Below, piece after piece: positions 9,208-19,809 of a stretch of 32,000 nt of DNA. This DNA comes from Desulfotalea psychrophila LSv54 (GTDB lineage Bacteria > Desulfobacterota > Desulfobulbia > Desulfobulbales > Desulfocapsaceae). Numbering within the stretch: the stretch's first letter is position 1; each line of letters begins with the position of its first letter. Position numbers and translations under genes: made by a program. Under the pieces are notes generated by a model. The model worked only from the letters and a program-made list of their open reading frames with translations. It made no database searches and was not told the DNA's origin. The stretch spans positions 3,480,001 to 3,512,000 of the forward strand of contig NC_006138.1 in NCBI RefSeq assembly GCF_000025945.1, in the 5' to 3' direction.

Positions 9208-9945
9208 ATGACAGATAAGAAAGATACCATCTTCCAGAACCCGGGTCCGGCCGAGGATTTTGAATTCAACAGCCGAGTCGTTGAAGTTTTTGACGATATG
9301 CTTGATCGTTCGGTTCCCTTCTACAAAGAGGTAATCCAGGCAAGCGCCCAGCTCCTGCAGCGTCACCTGAAAGAAAATGACAGCGTCTACGATCTCGGTA
9401 GCTCCACAGGAACAACCCTGCTCGAACTGTCCCGGGTACTGAAGCGCCAGGACATCTCCTACGTGGGAATTGACGCCTCCAAGCCAATGCTTGAAAAGGC
9501 TCGCCTCAAGGCTGAACTCTACTCAAAGGGAGATCAATTCTCCTTTCTGGAAGAGGATATCACCCAATTTTGCCATCAAGAGGCAGGAGCCGTCATCCTC
9601 CACTACACCCTGCAGTTTATCCGTCCCATGCAACGGGAAGAGGTTATGCGCAGAATATACGCCAGTCTTCGCCCCGGGGGAGTACTCCTGCTCAGCGAGA
9701 AGACCATCAGTCATCAAAAAGAACTCAATCGAGATTTCATTTCGATCTACCACCACTTCAAGAAAGACAGAGGCTATTCAGAACTTGAAATTGCCCAAAA
9801 ACGAGAGGCTCTGGAGAATGTTCTCATTCCATTTTCCCAGAACGAGAATAAGAATTTACTGAAGAAGGTTGGCTTTGAGTGTGTTGAATCCTATTTTCAA
9901 TGGTTTAACTTCTCCTCCTTCATGGCCATCAAACCACAGCCATAG
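9208..9945 (+). CDS. cmoA: carboxy-S-adenosyl-L-methionine synthase
   Basis: 245 aa. Contains FEFNSRVVEVFDDMLDRSVPFYKEV, YDLGSSTGTT and HYTLQFIRP, as in CmoA. Immediately followed by cmoB. Confidence 0.9.
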   Translation: MTDKKDTIFQNPGPAEDFEFNSRVVEVFDDMLDRSVPFYKEVIQASAQLLQRHLKENDSVYDLGSSTGTTLLELSRVLKRQDISYVGIDASKPMLEKARLKAELYSKGDQFSFLEEDITQFCHQEAGAVILHYTLQFIRPMQREEVMRRIYASLRPGGVLLLSEKTISHQKELNRDFISIYHHFKKDRGYSELEIAQKREALENVLIPFSQNENKNLLKKVGFECVESYFQWFNFSSFMAIKPQP

Positions 9946-9981
9946 GCCTTAACCTCTTTACCCCTTCCACAGACAAAAGAT

Positions 9982-10944
9982 ATGAAATACCTAAAACACC
10001 TCTCGGATGCAGCCGACAGAGAGGCCATAAAAGCACTTCACGATGAACGCCAGACCTGGGTCAACCAAGAGAAGAAGGGCTTTCTCCGCTACCGTGAACC
10101 CTACCTGCAACTGGCCAGGTTCAAGGCCGACTCCATCAATCTCGAAAACGACGTTGTGACCATCGGCCACGGCGAACAGATCAGCCACGAGGAGCAGGCA
10201 GAAATCCGTCAGGCTCTACGAGCATATATGCCCTGGCGCAAGGGTCCCTTCGCGGTCTTTGGTGTCGATATCGATGCAGAGTGGCGAAGCGAAAGAAAAT
10301 GGCAGAGACTGGAGAAGCATCTCCCAGACCTCAAGGGCAAGGTCATTGCCGATATCGGCTGCAATAATGGCTACTATATGTTTCGTATGGCAGCCCAGGA
10401 ACCAGCATTTGTCCTCGGCATCGAACCATCGGTGCAACACTACTACTGCTTTAAGGCCCTGGAAGAGATGTCGGGCCTGACCAACCTTGAGATTGATCTC
10501 CTCGGGGTTGAACACCTGCCCCTCTTCACTGAGTCCTTCGATGTCGTCTTTCTCATGGGAATCATCTACCACAGATCAGCACCCATAGAGACCCTGCGGG
10601 CCGTACTGGACTCACTAAAGCCGGGCGGCACCCTCATTCTGGAAACCCAGGGTATCCCGGGCGAGCAACCCTACGCCCTCTTCCCCGACAAGACCTACGC
10701 CAAGGTACCGGGCACCTACTTTGTCCCCAGTGCAAGTTGTCTGATTAACTGGATGCACAAGGCCGGTTTCATAGACGTTGACCTCTTCTGCGATCACCCC
10801 ATGTCCCCCGAAGAACAACGACAGACCGAATGGATGGAATTTGAATCCTATAAGGATTTCCTCGATCCAGAAAACCCGGAACTAACCCTTGAAGGTTATC
10901 CCGCCCCCCACCGTTTCTTTGTCAAAGCCACAAAGAAAATGTAA
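9982..10944 (+). CDS. cmoB: tRNA U34 carboxymethyltransferase
   Basis: 320 aa. Contains MPWRKGPF, DIGCNNGYY, GIIYHRSAPIETL and TYFVPS, the characteristic CmoB signature. Confidence 0.9.
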   Translation: MKYLKHLSDAADREAIKALHDERQTWVNQEKKGFLRYREPYLQLARFKADSINLENDVVTIGHGEQISHEEQAEIRQALRAYMPWRKGPFAVFGVDIDAEWRSERKWQRLEKHLPDLKGKVIADIGCNNGYYMFRMAAQEPAFVLGIEPSVQHYYCFKALEEMSGLTNLEIDLLGVEHLPLFTESFDVVFLMGIIYHRSAPIETLRAVLDSLKPGGTLILETQGIPGEQPYALFPDKTYAKVPGTYFVPSASCLINWMHKAGFIDVDLFCDHPMSPEEQRQTEWMEFESYKDFLDPENPELTLEGYPAPHRFFVKATKKM

Positions 10945-11064
10945 CGACCTGCGCACAAAGCACCTTTTGTGCGCAAAAAGACATCCATCCCTTTTCTTTT
11001 AGTTCCAGTATCATATATCCTTGTCATAAAGCTTCTCTCTCCATAAAAAATACAGAGAAACAAT

Positions 11065-11967
11065 ATGACTATCTCACCCAGCATAAAAAATATCCTGATC
11101 TGCCCCTCCTGTCAAAGCCCCCTCCAATTCGGAGACGAAACCAGCTGCCCAAACTGTGGGGCACGCTATGGCAAAACAAAAGAGGGTAAGCTCAACTTCC
11201 ACCTGCAAGGCCCCAAAAGATATCAAACAGAGACAATCATCAATTCGGCAGTCCACTGTCCAAGTGACAACTTCTTTGGCCCCCTGCAGGCAAACCCCAC
11301 AGCAGAGGTCGATCTCAGCTCTCTGCCACCGATCCGCCATCTCTGCCCGGCTCTCTTGAGCTATATGCCAAGAGCCAAAACGGAGGAGGCCATCGCCCTC
11401 GATATTGGCTGTGGCAAAACACAGAACAGGGCCCCATGCCAACTGGCAGGCTATCAATATCTCGGCATTGACTACCGCGAAGCAGATGCTCTTTTCCTGG
11501 CCGATGCCCAGGCCCTGCCTCTGGCGGATAACAGTATCGACTTTGCCCTCTCCCTTGCCGTCCTTGAGCACCTACCCCACCCTGAAATCATGCTCAGAGA
11601 GGCCTTCAGAGTCCTGAAAAATGGCGCTAGATTCATTGGTTCCGTTGCCTTCCTCCAACCATTTCATGATGGTAGCTATTACCATTTCACCCACCTGGGG
11701 CTCTACTCTATGCTCCATGACATAGGCTTTGAAGTAGAGCTCATCGCCCCCAGCAGGGAATACTCAGTACTGATCGCCACGAGCAGGCAGCTCTTTAGAA
11801 AAATGGATAGAAGGTACAGCAAAAAAATCATCCAACCCATAATCTTTCTCCATAAACTCTGGTGGAAATTCCAACCAATCAGCCCCCATGACAGGGACCT
11901 CTCCGAAATCAAAAGATTATTAAAATTTTCCGGGGCCCACCACTTTGTTGTCCACAAAAAGCAGTAG
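11065..11967 (+). CDS. Trm112-like zinc-ribbon fused to a class I SAM methyltransferase (Methyltransf_11 type)
   Basis: The N-terminus ILICPSCQSPLQF...SCPNCGARYGKTKEGKLNF is a CxxC...CxxC, Trm112/UPF0434-like ribbon. The MTase has motif I ALDIGCGKT and LPLADNSIDFALSLAVLEHLPHPEIMLREAFRVLKNGARF. Confidence 0.75.
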   Translation: MTISPSIKNILICPSCQSPLQFGDETSCPNCGARYGKTKEGKLNFHLQGPKRYQTETIINSAVHCPSDNFFGPLQANPTAEVDLSSLPPIRHLCPALLSYMPRAKTEEAIALDIGCGKTQNRAPCQLAGYQYLGIDYREADALFLADAQALPLADNSIDFALSLAVLEHLPHPEIMLREAFRVLKNGARFIGSVAFLQPFHDGSYYHFTHLGLYSMLHDIGFEVELIAPSREYSVLIATSRQLFRKMDRRYSKKIIQPIIFLHKLWWKFQPISPHDRDLSEIKRLLKFSGAHHFVVHKKQ

Positions 11968-12005
11968 AGAAAACGGGAAGCTAAAACTATATCCTCACTG
12001 CCCTC

Positions 12006-12034
12006 TTGTGGTTACAGCTCTTCGTTCCTATAAT
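12006..12034 (+). promoter_or_regulatory. candidate sigma-70 promoter for the 12147 ORF
   Basis: TTGTGG (12006-12011), a 17-nt spacer, then a perfect TATAAT (12029-12034). About 110 nt upstream of the ATG. Confidence 0.35.
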
Positions 12035-12146
12035 CATGGCAGAGAATTTTTTGACTTACATGGGGAAGATTTGCCTTTGCCTAAAACTATGGTATATCTT
12101 TAGCTTATAACATGACCACCTATTTCAACGGAAAAGGAGTGTCTTT

Positions 12147-12698
12147 ATGGACCAGGAAAAATGTACATTATTTAGCAGTGGCCTCAAGGGTGCCGAAACA
12201 TCATTTGGCGAAACAGCGGAAAAGTGGGGGGTAAAAGAGGTTATCTACTCTTTTGAAACCCATAAGCTGCAAAGAGAGCGAAACGTCATTCTCCTTAGCC
12301 AAGAAGAACTTGAACGTGGTGATATCAGTATGGAGCTTGCCTCGCGCATGCTCAACCGCACCTACTACGAAACTAAAAAGATTCGTAAGGTTCTGCAGAC
12401 TATTTTTCATATGATTAACGGTGGCCATCAGGTTTTTGTTATTGGTACAATCCAGGACGATAAATCCGTAAAGGGTGGTACAGGTTGGGCAGTGGAACTT
12501 GCCAAAATGTTTAACCGACCACTGCATGTCTACGATCAACCAAACAAAAAATGGTTTACCTGGAAAAACGACTGGGTAGAAGATGAGCCTACTATTGAAT
12601 ACGATACCTTTGTTGGCTCTGGAACCCGCTATCTAAGCGATGCAGGGCACCAAGCCATTGAAGATCTTTTTGCCAGATCATTTAAAGAAACGAATTAA
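12147..12698 (+). CDS. hypothetical protein, possible SLOG/DprA-like Rossmann nucleotide-binding fold
   Basis: 183 aa with a strong SD (AAGGAG, 7 nt upstream). LFSSGLKGAETSFGETAEKWGV resembles the SGGAxGxD..A loop of DprA/SLOG proteins. VFVIGTIQDDKSVKGGTGWAVELAKMFNRPLHVYD resembles the second Gly-rich loop. The fold call is from memory only. Confidence 0.4.
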   Translation: MDQEKCTLFSSGLKGAETSFGETAEKWGVKEVIYSFETHKLQRERNVILLSQEELERGDISMELASRMLNRTYYETKKIRKVLQTIFHMINGGHQVFVIGTIQDDKSVKGGTGWAVELAKMFNRPLHVYDQPNKKWFTWKNDWVEDEPTIEYDTFVGSGTRYLSDAGHQAIEDLFARSFKETN

Positions 12699-12716
12699 GA
12701 ACCGTTCTAAAAGAGA

Positions 12717-12751
12717 GGTCATGGAAGAATTGCTTCTATGACCCTTTTTTT
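12717..12751 (+). terminator. rho-independent terminator after the SLOG-like ORF
   Basis: Stem GGTCATGGAAG (12717-12727) / CTTCTATGACC (12733-12743) with one mismatch, followed by CTTTTTTT. Confidence 0.7.
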
Positions 12752-12852
12752 CATCCTCCCTACCAAAAAAAATTCTGGCAACAAATACCAGTATCACCTT
12801 GCATTTACGGACTTTTCGCTGAATAACTGCAATTCATCCCTTTTTTTTTTCG

Positions 12853-12881
12853 TTGACATGATCCGCCAACAAAGGTTATAT
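12853..12881 (+). promoter_or_regulatory. candidate sigma-70 promoter for carAB
   Basis: Perfect TTGACA (12853-12858), a 17-nt spacer, then TTATAT (12876-12881), or TATATG with an 18-nt spacer. Preceded by a T-tract. This would give a leader of about 180 nt. Confidence 0.35.
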
Positions 12882-13065
12882 GTTGTCGTTTTGTCTACAA
12901 CCTACAGACCAAAAAAGATACTCATCTCCTTCTTTTTCCGTTGAAACAAGAACGGCCACCTTGATGACTCTCCTTTTGCTGCCATGCGCAGAAAACAAAT
13001 AGTAACAGCACGCCTCAGTTCATCTTCACGCGCCACCAATGTGGCCACAAAAGAGGGAAGAAGTA

Positions 13066-14193
13066 ATGAAAGCAATTATCGCTTTAGAAGACGGCACTAT
13101 TTTTGAAGGTAAATCGTTCACCGGTCGCGGAGAGGCAATTGGTGAAATCGTATTTAACACTTCTATGAGTGGTTATCAGGAAATACTCACGGATCCATCC
13201 TACACCGGTCAGATAGTTACAATGACCTATCCCATGATCGGTAACTATGGGATCAACCCTGAAGATATGGAATCTTCTTCGGTGCATCCAAAGGCATTTC
13301 TTGTAAAAGAATACAACGCTTTCCCATCAAACTATCGTTCAACCCAGCCTCTCGCCCAGTTCCTGGAAACATACGGAGTCCTTGGCGTAGAGGGATTTGA
13401 CACCAGGGCCCTGGTTCGACACATCCGTAAGGCCGGTGCCATGAAAGGTATCGTCTCCACCGAAGACCTTGACCATGCATCTCTTGTTAAGAAGGCTCAG
13501 GAGTGGACAGGCCTCGTCGGTCAAAACATGGTTGAACGGGTTTCCTGCGAAAAGCCCTATGGCTGGGCCGACAATATGCCTCTCAGCGGCAGCAACTTCA
13601 GCACAGCAAAGTCTGCGGATAATAACGAAAAAGCATTTAAGGTTGTAGCCTTTGACTTTGGCATCAAGTACAACCAACTGCGCATCCTTGCAGAGAAAGG
13701 TTGCCAGGTACAGGTAGTACCTGCCACAACCAGCGCCCAGGCAGTGCTTGACATGAATCCCGATGGCATTTTCCTCTCCAACGGCCCCGGCGATCCGGAA
13801 GGCGTTGAGGGCGTTGTTGACACCATCCGTGAACTGCTCGGCAAAAAACCAATCTTTGGCATCTGCCTTGGTCACCAAATACTCGGCCTGGCCTATGGAG
13901 CCCGTAGCTACAAGCTCAAGTTTGGTCATCGCGGCGGCAATCAGCCGGTAAAGAATTTAGAAACAGGCAAGGTAGAAATCACCTCCCAGAATCATGGTTT
14001 CTGCATTGACACGACAAGCCTGAACGAGGAGGATGTAAAAATCACTCACATCAACCTCAACGACAATTCCGTTGAAGGAATGCGTCACCGAAAATTCCCT
14101 GCTTTCTCAGTACAATATCACCCAGAACATGCACCTGGTCCACACGATGCGACCTACCTCTTCGATGAATTCATCGAGATGATGCAGCAGTAG
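13066..14193 (+). CDS. carA: carbamoyl-phosphate synthase small (glutaminase) subunit
   Basis: MKAIIALEDGTIFEGKSF..., GICLGHQILG (catalytic Cys) and VQYHPE. I chose ATG at 13066, which has a GA-rich SD at 13052-13060, over the track's 13039. Confidence 0.95.
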   Translation: MKAIIALEDGTIFEGKSFTGRGEAIGEIVFNTSMSGYQEILTDPSYTGQIVTMTYPMIGNYGINPEDMESSSVHPKAFLVKEYNAFPSNYRSTQPLAQFLETYGVLGVEGFDTRALVRHIRKAGAMKGIVSTEDLDHASLVKKAQEWTGLVGQNMVERVSCEKPYGWADNMPLSGSNFSTAKSADNNEKAFKVVAFDFGIKYNQLRILAEKGCQVQVVPATTSAQAVLDMNPDGIFLSNGPGDPEGVEGVVDTIRELLGKKPIFGICLGHQILGLAYGARSYKLKFGHRGGNQPVKNLETGKVEITSQNHGFCIDTTSLNEEDVKITHINLNDNSVEGMRHRKFPAFSVQYHPEHAPGPHDATYLFDEFIEMMQQ

Positions 14194-14241
14194 CAGGGAT
14201 ATTTCTTAAATTCTTCATCCTCAACGTATAGAGACAGAATC

Positions 14242-17200
14242 ATGCCAAAAAGAACAGATATAAAAAAGATTCTCATCATCGGCTCTGGCCCAATTATTAT
14301 CAGCCAGGCCTGTGAGTTTGATTACTCCGGCGCCCAGGCGGTAAAGGCCCTGAAAGAAGAGGGATATGAGGTCATCCTCATCAACTCTAATCCGGCAACC
14401 ATCATGACGGATCCGGAACTTGCCGATGCCACCTACATAGAGCCCATCACCCCGGAATGCGTTACCAAGGTTATTGCCAAGGAGCGTCCAGACGCTCTTC
14501 TGCCTACCCTTGGTGGGCAGACAGCCCTGAACACCGCCATCAAGCTCGCCGAGCTAGGTGTTCTGGAACAGTACAATGTTGAGCTATTAGCTGCCGATAT
14601 TGCCGTGATCAAGAAGGCCGAGGGCCGGGAAGAGTTCCGTGATGCCATGCACGCAATCGGTCTCAATGTGCCAGAGTCTGCCATCGTCCACGACCTTGAG
14701 TCCGCCATGGCAGCAGGCGAGGACATTGGTTTTCCAATCATCGTTCGCCCAAGCTTTACCCTCGGTGGAACAGGTGGTGGTATTGCCTACAACCGCCAGG
14801 AACTGGAAGAGCTCTGTACCTCTGGCCTCGACCTCTCCATGACCACCGAGATCATGGTAGAGCGCAGTCTGCTTGGCTGGAAAGAGTTTGAGCTTGAGGT
14901 TATGCGCGATAAAAATGACAACGTTGTTATCATCTGCTCCATTGAAAACATCGATGCCATGGGCGTCCATACCGGTGACTCCATCACCGTGGCCCCAGCC
15001 CAAACCCTCACCGACCGTGAATACCAGGAAATGCGTGATGCGGCAGTTGCCATCATCCGCGAGATCGGCGTTGAAACCGGTGGTTCCAATGTCCAGTTTG
15101 CGGTGAATCCTGCCGATGGCGAACTGATGATCATTGAGATGAATCCTCGTGTTTCCAGAAGTTCAGCCCTAGCCTCCAAGGCAACGGGTTTTCCTATTGC
15201 CAAGATTGCAGCAAAGCTTGCCGTTGGCTACACCCTCGATGAACTGAAAAATGACATCACCGAGGAGACCTACGCATCCTTTGAACCCACCATCGATTAC
15301 TGTGTGGTTAAGATCCCTCGCTGGACCTTTGAGAAGTTCCCCGAGGCCGAGGATAAACTCTCCACAGCCATGAAGTCCGTCGGCGAAACCATGTCCATGG
15401 GTCGTACCTTCAAGGAGGCATTCCAAAAGGCAATGCGCTCGTTGGAAACAGGACGGGCAGGATTTGGTGGCGACGGCAAAGAGTTGCTCACCGACATCGA
15501 TGCCATAGACCTTGAGCATAACCTACGTACCCCGAACTCCAAAAGAGTCGGCTACATCCACGAGGCTCTCAAACGTGGTATGTCCCTGGAAGAAATCCAC
15601 GAATTCACCTTAATCGACCCATGGTTTCTCTACAATTTCAAGCAGATTGTTGAAAAAGAGGAAGAGATCATCGCGCACGGCTTTCAGGGCATCGACGCTG
15701 AGTTCCTTCGTGGCTGCAAAGAGTACGGTTTTTCCGACATCCAGCTCGGCTACCTGACCGGCACCACCGAGGACGATATCCGCAAGCTCCGTCTGGAGAT
15801 GGAGATAAGGCCTGTATACAAGATGGTTGATACCTGCGGTGCTGAATTTGAGTCTAACACCCCATACTACTACTCAACCTACGAGCAGGAAAATGAGGCC
15901 ATTGAAACCTCCGGCAAAAAAATTATCATTCTTGGTGGCGGGCCCAACCGTATCGGTCAGGGCATTGAGTTTGATTACTGCTGTGTCCATGCAGCCTTTG
16001 CCCTGAAGGAACTTGGGGTTGAATCTATCATGATCAACTCCAACCCAGAGACGGTCTCCACCGATTATGACACCTCCGATAAGCTCTACTTCGAGCCCCT
16101 TACCCGTGAGGATGTACTCAATATCATCGAACAGGAAAAACCCTATGGAGTCATTGTTCAATTTGGTGGACAGACACCTCTCAACCTTGCTGTCCCCCTT
16201 GAAAATGCGGGTATAAGGATCATTGGCACCCAGCCGGATGCCATTGACCGGGCCGAGGACCGTAAGCGTTTCCAACAGTTTCTGCAAAAACTGGGTCTGC
16301 GTCAGCCGGAAAATGATACCGTATCTACCCTTGAAGAAGCACTCGCGTCAGCAAACCGCATTGGCTATCCCGTTGTGGTTCGTCCCTCCTATGTACTGGG
16401 TGGACGAAACATGCGTATTGTCTATACAGACCAAGGTATTCGCGATTTCATGATTGCCGTTGGTGGCACCAATTTGGAACATCCTATCCTCGTTGATAAG
16501 TTCCTCCAGGAAGCCATTGAAGTTGATGTCGACGCCCTCTGTGATGGCGAAGATACCATTATCGGCGGCATCATGGAGCATATTGAAGAGGCAGGTATTC
16601 ACTCCGGAGATTCATCCTGTGTATTGCCTCCACACACCCTCTCTCTTGAGCTGGTAAAAGAGATCAAGGCTGCTTCAAAGGCCATGGCCAAAGAGCTTGG
16701 CGTTATCGGCCTGATGAATGTTCAGTTCGCCATCAAGGACAAGCAAGTCTATATTCTTGAAGTGAACCCTCGCGCCTCCAGAACCGTCCCCTTTGTCAGC
16801 AAGGCAACGGGAGTACCTCTGGCCAAACTCGCCACCAAGGTAATGATGGGTGCACGCCTCAAGGATCTTGGACTCACTCGCGACCCCTACATTGATCATT
16901 GGGCCGTTAAAGAGGCTGTTTTTCCCTTTGATCGCTTCGACAAGGTAGATACCCTCTTGGGACCTGAGATGAAATCAACCGGTGAAGTTATGGGCATTGA
17001 CGATAACCTCGGTCTTGCCATTGCCAAGGCACATCTGGCATCCGGTTCAACCCTGCCCACGGAAGGAACTGTCTTTATCAGTGTTCGAGACAACGATAAG
17101 GCACACAGCGTTGAGGTGGCAAAGTCACTCCTGCAACTTGGATTTTCTATCTGTGCCACCGCAGGCACCGCCCAATATCTCCAAGATAAGGATATCGACT

Positions 17201-17463
17201 GTAGCCCAGTGAACAAGATCAGTCAGGGACGTCCACATATTCTTGACAAGGTGCAGGATGGTCAAATCGCCTGGATCATAAACACCTCACTGGGAAGACG
17301 CACCACCGAAGATTCTTACCAGATCCGCAGATCGGCCCTTGATTATCACATTCCATACACCACCACCATCACCGGTGCTGCGGCAGTGATCAAGGCCATT
17401 CATGATCTCAGCACAAAAGAGCTTAACGTACAACCAGTTCAGTACTTTACCGGCAAAGAATAA
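14242..17463 (+). CDS. carB: carbamoyl-phosphate synthase large subunit
   Basis: 1073 aa. Duplicated ATP-grasp halves ([21 protein letters not shown]... and [21 protein letters not shown]...), plus a C-terminal MGS-like domain. Confidence 0.97.
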   Translation: MPKRTDIKKILIIGSGPIIISQACEFDYSGAQAVKALKEEGYEVILINSNPATIMTDPELADATYIEPITPECVTKVIAKERPDALLPTLGGQTALNTAIKLAELGVLEQYNVELLAADIAVIKKAEGREEFRDAMHAIGLNVPESAIVHDLESAMAAGEDIGFPIIVRPSFTLGGTGGGIAYNRQELEELCTSGLDLSMTTEIMVERSLLGWKEFELEVMRDKNDNVVIICSIENIDAMGVHTGDSITVAPAQTLTDREYQEMRDAAVAIIREIGVETGGSNVQFAVNPADGELMIIEMNPRVSRSSALASKATGFPIAKIAAKLAVGYTLDELKNDITEETYASFEPTIDYCVVKIPRWTFEKFPEAEDKLSTAMKSVGETMSMGRTFKEAFQKAMRSLETGRAGFGGDGKELLTDIDAIDLEHNLRTPNSKRVGYIHEALKRGMSLEEIHEFTLIDPWFLYNFKQIVEKEEEIIAHGFQGIDAEFLRGCKEYGFSDIQLGYLTGTTEDDIRKLRLEMEIRPVYKMVDTCGAEFESNTPYYYSTYEQENEAIETSGKKIIILGGGPNRIGQGIEFDYCCVHAAFALKELGVESIMINSNPETVSTDYDTSDKLYFEPLTREDVLNIIEQEKPYGVIVQFGGQTPLNLAVPLENAGIRIIGTQPDAIDRAEDRKRFQQFLQKLGLRQPENDTVSTLEEALASANRIGYPVVVRPSYVLGGRNMRIVYTDQGIRDFMIAVGGTNLEHPILVDKFLQEAIEVDVDALCDGEDTIIGGIMEHIEEAGIHSGDSSCVLPPHTLSLELVKEIKAASKAMAKELGVIGLMNVQFAIKDKQVYILEVNPRASRTVPFVSKATGVPLAKLATKVMMGARLKDLGLTRDPYIDHWAVKEAVFPFDRFDKVDTLLGPEMKSTGEVMGIDDNLGLAIAKAHLASGSTLPTEGTVFISVRDNDKAHSVEVAKSLLQLGFSICATAGTAQYLQDKDIDCSPVNKISQGRPHILDKVQDGQIAWIINTSLGRRTTEDSYQIRRSALDYHIPYTTTITGAAAVIKAIHDLSTKELNVQPVQYFTGKE

Positions 17464-17517
17464 TTTCCTCCTCCCTACTCCGAGACATTAGAGTGGGACC
17501 GATAAAATACCAAAGAA

Positions 17518-17549
17518 GGGTGTAGGCCTAGACCTACACCCTTTTTTTT
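17518..17549 (+). terminator. rho-independent terminator after carB
   Basis: Stem GGGTGTAGG (17518-17526) / CCTACACCC (17533-17541), followed by T8. Confidence 0.85.
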
Positions 17550-17704
17550 GGTACTTTTCTTATACAAACCATTTTAATGCTCGACATAGCTTATTTATGT
17601 TTTAAAGTAGTGCCTTAGATTTATATTGTTTAGTATTTACTTTTTTTCTTGAGCGAAATTATATCGTTGCCTAGCACCGGTAAAAAGGGCGACCGGAGGT
17701 CTCT

Positions 17705-19759
17705 TTGAATACTTTTTACAAAAACTTGAGCATGTGGCTGGTCATTGGTCTTACCATGATTCTGCTCTTCAACCTCTTCAATCAACCCCAACCCACGAAC
17801 AACAAAATCACCTACAGCGATTTTATCTCAAACGTTGAGAGCAAGGGCATCAGTCGTGTCAGTATCACGGGTGATACCATCACAGGAAAACTACAAAACG
17901 GGCAAAGTTTTAAAACAATTTACCCAGCAAATGACGCTGAGATGATGTCAATACTACGCAAATCAGGCGTGGATATCGATATTAAAGAGGCAGAAAAAGA
18001 TTCCTTTTTCACAACTCTTTTCATCTCTTGGTTCCCCATGTTGCTCCTCATCGGTGTCTGGATATTCTTTATGCGTCAGATGCAGGGTGGTGGCAAGGGC
18101 GGCGCTATGTCCTTTGGCAAAACCAAGGCCAAGCTCATCCCAGAAGAGAACAACACAGTTACCTTTGCAGATGTTGCCGGTATTGACGAGGCCAAAGAAG
18201 AACTCGAAGAGATCGTTGATTTCCTCAAAGATCCAAGCAAGTTCACTGATCTTGGCGGAAATATACCAACGGGTGTGCTCCTCTCGGGCCCTCCGGGAAC
18301 AGGTAAAACCCTGCTGGCCAGAGCAATCGCCGGTGAGGCTCAGGTTCCATTTTTCACCATTTCCGGTTCCGACTTTGTTGAGATGTTTGTCGGTGTCGGT
18401 GCCTCCCGAGTTCGTGACATGTTTGCCGAGGGCAAAAAAAGTGCCCCATGTATCATCTTTATCGATGAAATTGATGCCGTAGGGCGTCACCGTGGGGCGG
18501 GACTTGGCGGTGGTCACGATGAACGTGAGCAAACCCTGAACCAACTCCTCGTTGAGATGGACGGTTTTCAAAGCAACGAAGGGGTTATTGTTATTGCGGC
18601 CACAAACCGCCCGGATGTACTTGATCCTGCCCTTCTTCGTCCAGGCCGTTTTGACCGTCAGGTAAATGTGCCCGTACCCGATCTGAAAGGACGTAAGAAA
18701 ATCCTTGAGATATACGCCGCTAAAACCAAGATGGCGCCTATGATTGACCTCGAAATTCTTGCCCGAGGCACCCCTGGTTTTTCCGGTGCCGATCTTGAGA
18801 ACCTGATCAACGAGGCGGCCCTTCTTGCTGCCAGAACAGGCAAAAAAGAGATCAACCTTGAGCTTCTTGAAAAGGCAAAGGATAAGATCATGATGGGGCC
18901 TGAACGACGCTCCATGATGCTTAATGAAAAAGAGAAAGAGATCACTGCCTATCATGAGGCAGGTCACGCCCTTATTGCCTGGCTCTTGCCGGGAACAGAT
19001 CCGGTCCACAAGGTAACCATCATCCCCCGTGGACGAGCACTTGGGGTTACCATGCAGTTGCCGGTGGATGAAAAATACACCCACTCTAAAACATTTTTAG
19101 AGAACACCATCTGTATTCTTTTTGGTGGTCGTATTGCCGAGAAAATTATCTTTAACGAGATTACCACCGGGGCAGGCAATGATATTGAACGTGCCTCCGG
19201 CCTTGCCCGCAAGATGGTCTGCGAATGGGGTATGAGCGACGAGCTTGGTCCTATCACCTACGGTAAAAAGGAAGAGCAAATTTTCCTTGGCAGGGACATT
19301 GGTCAGGATCGTGGTTTTAGCGAAGCAACCGCCCAGGAGATTGATGCAGCCGTACGCAATATTGTTAACAAGGCATCTATAAGGGTAACAAGACTCTTAG
19401 AGGATCATAAAGATATCCTGAAGAAGATGTCCGAAGAGCTGATTGAGAACGAGACTCTCAACCTCGACGATATCGAAGAACTCATCGAAAAGTTACGTCC
19501 CGGCCAGTACACAAGCAAAAAGCCCACGGTTGTTATGACCCAAAAAGAAGAACCAGTGGAGAAGGTACCGGTGGAAGAGCCGGTGATGGAAGAAGCGCCA
19601 GTGGAGGAACCAGTGGTGGAGGAAGCACCGGAAACGGCCAAAGCACCTCCTGCTGAAAAGAAGGCTCCGGCCAAGAAGGCTCCAGCTGTAGCCCCGGCTG
19701 ACGCCCCCGAAGCTGCACGGGAAGCGGATATGCCAGCTAACCCCTTTGACAAAAACTAG
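17705..19759 (+). CDS. ftsH: ATP-dependent zinc metalloprotease FtsH
   Basis: TTG start 6 nt after GGAGG. Two TM segments. Walker A GPPGTGKT, Walker B IIFIDEID, and zinc site HEAGHA. The C-terminal Pro/Glu/Ala-rich tail is unusual. Confidence 0.95.
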   Translation: MNTFYKNLSMWLVIGLTMILLFNLFNQPQPTNNKITYSDFISNVESKGISRVSITGDTITGKLQNGQSFKTIYPANDAEMMSILRKSGVDIDIKEAEKDSFFTTLFISWFPMLLLIGVWIFFMRQMQGGGKGGAMSFGKTKAKLIPEENNTVTFADVAGIDEAKEELEEIVDFLKDPSKFTDLGGNIPTGVLLSGPPGTGKTLLARAIAGEAQVPFFTISGSDFVEMFVGVGASRVRDMFAEGKKSAPCIIFIDEIDAVGRHRGAGLGGGHDEREQTLNQLLVEMDGFQSNEGVIVIAATNRPDVLDPALLRPGRFDRQVNVPVPDLKGRKKILEIYAAKTKMAPMIDLEILARGTPGFSGADLENLINEAALLAARTGKKEINLELLEKAKDKIMMGPERRSMMLNEKEKEITAYHEAGHALIAWLLPGTDPVHKVTIIPRGRALGVTMQLPVDEKYTHSKTFLENTICILFGGRIAEKIIFNEITTGAGNDIERASGLARKMVCEWGMSDELGPITYGKKEEQIFLGRDIGQDRGFSEATAQEIDAAVRNIVNKASIRVTRLLEDHKDILKKMSEELIENETLNLDDIEELIEKLRPGQYTSKKPTVVMTQKEEPVEKVPVEEPVMEEAPVEEPVVEEAPETAKAPPAEKKAPAKKAPAVAPADAPEAAREADMPANPFDKN

Positions 19760-19767
19760 TCCCATGG

Positions 19768-19804
19768 TTTTCCCGCATCCATGCAGTCCGTGGATGCGGG
19801 AAAA
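19768..19804 (+). other. strong stem-loop in the ftsH-folP spacer (no U-tract)
   Basis: CCCGCATCCA (19772-19781) / TGGATGCGGG (19791-19800), extendable by flanking TTTT/AAAA. It ends 5-9 nt before the folP ATG. Confidence 0.6.
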
Positions 19805-19809
19805 ATAGT

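Noticed and set aside
10951-10974. Hairpin GCGCACAAA-GCACC-TTTGTGCGC after cmoB, considered as a terminator
   Set aside because: It is followed by an A-run rather than a T-run on the coding strand, and there is no minus-strand gene to terminate. It may still pause or stabilise RNA, but it does not meet intrinsic-terminator criteria.
11074-11571. 165-aa ORF antisense to the Trm112-MTase gene
   Set aside because: This is a shadow ORF. The sense frame has clear zinc-ribbon and SAM-MTase motifs.
12738-12944. 68-aa ORF between the SLOG-like gene and carA
   Set aside because: It begins within the terminator T-run, is Phe-rich from poly-T tracts, and overlaps the candidate carA promoter.
12885-13065. 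The roughly 180-nt carA leader, considered as a PyrR-type or other pyrimidine-sensing attenuator
   Set aside because: I could not find the PyrR binding-loop consensus or a terminator/antiterminator pair, only short 5-bp stems.
13339-13929. 196-aa ORF antisense to carA (plus smaller ones at 13557-13862 and 13664-13852)
   Set aside because: These are shadow ORFs within the carA glutaminase domain. They have no motifs or start context.
17963-19084. 373-aa ORF antisense to ftsH
   Set aside because: It lies entirely inside the strongly conserved FtsH AAA+/protease coding region on the opposite strand. It has no recognisable motifs and no SD, and its composition mirrors the sense gene. This is a typical shadow ORF.
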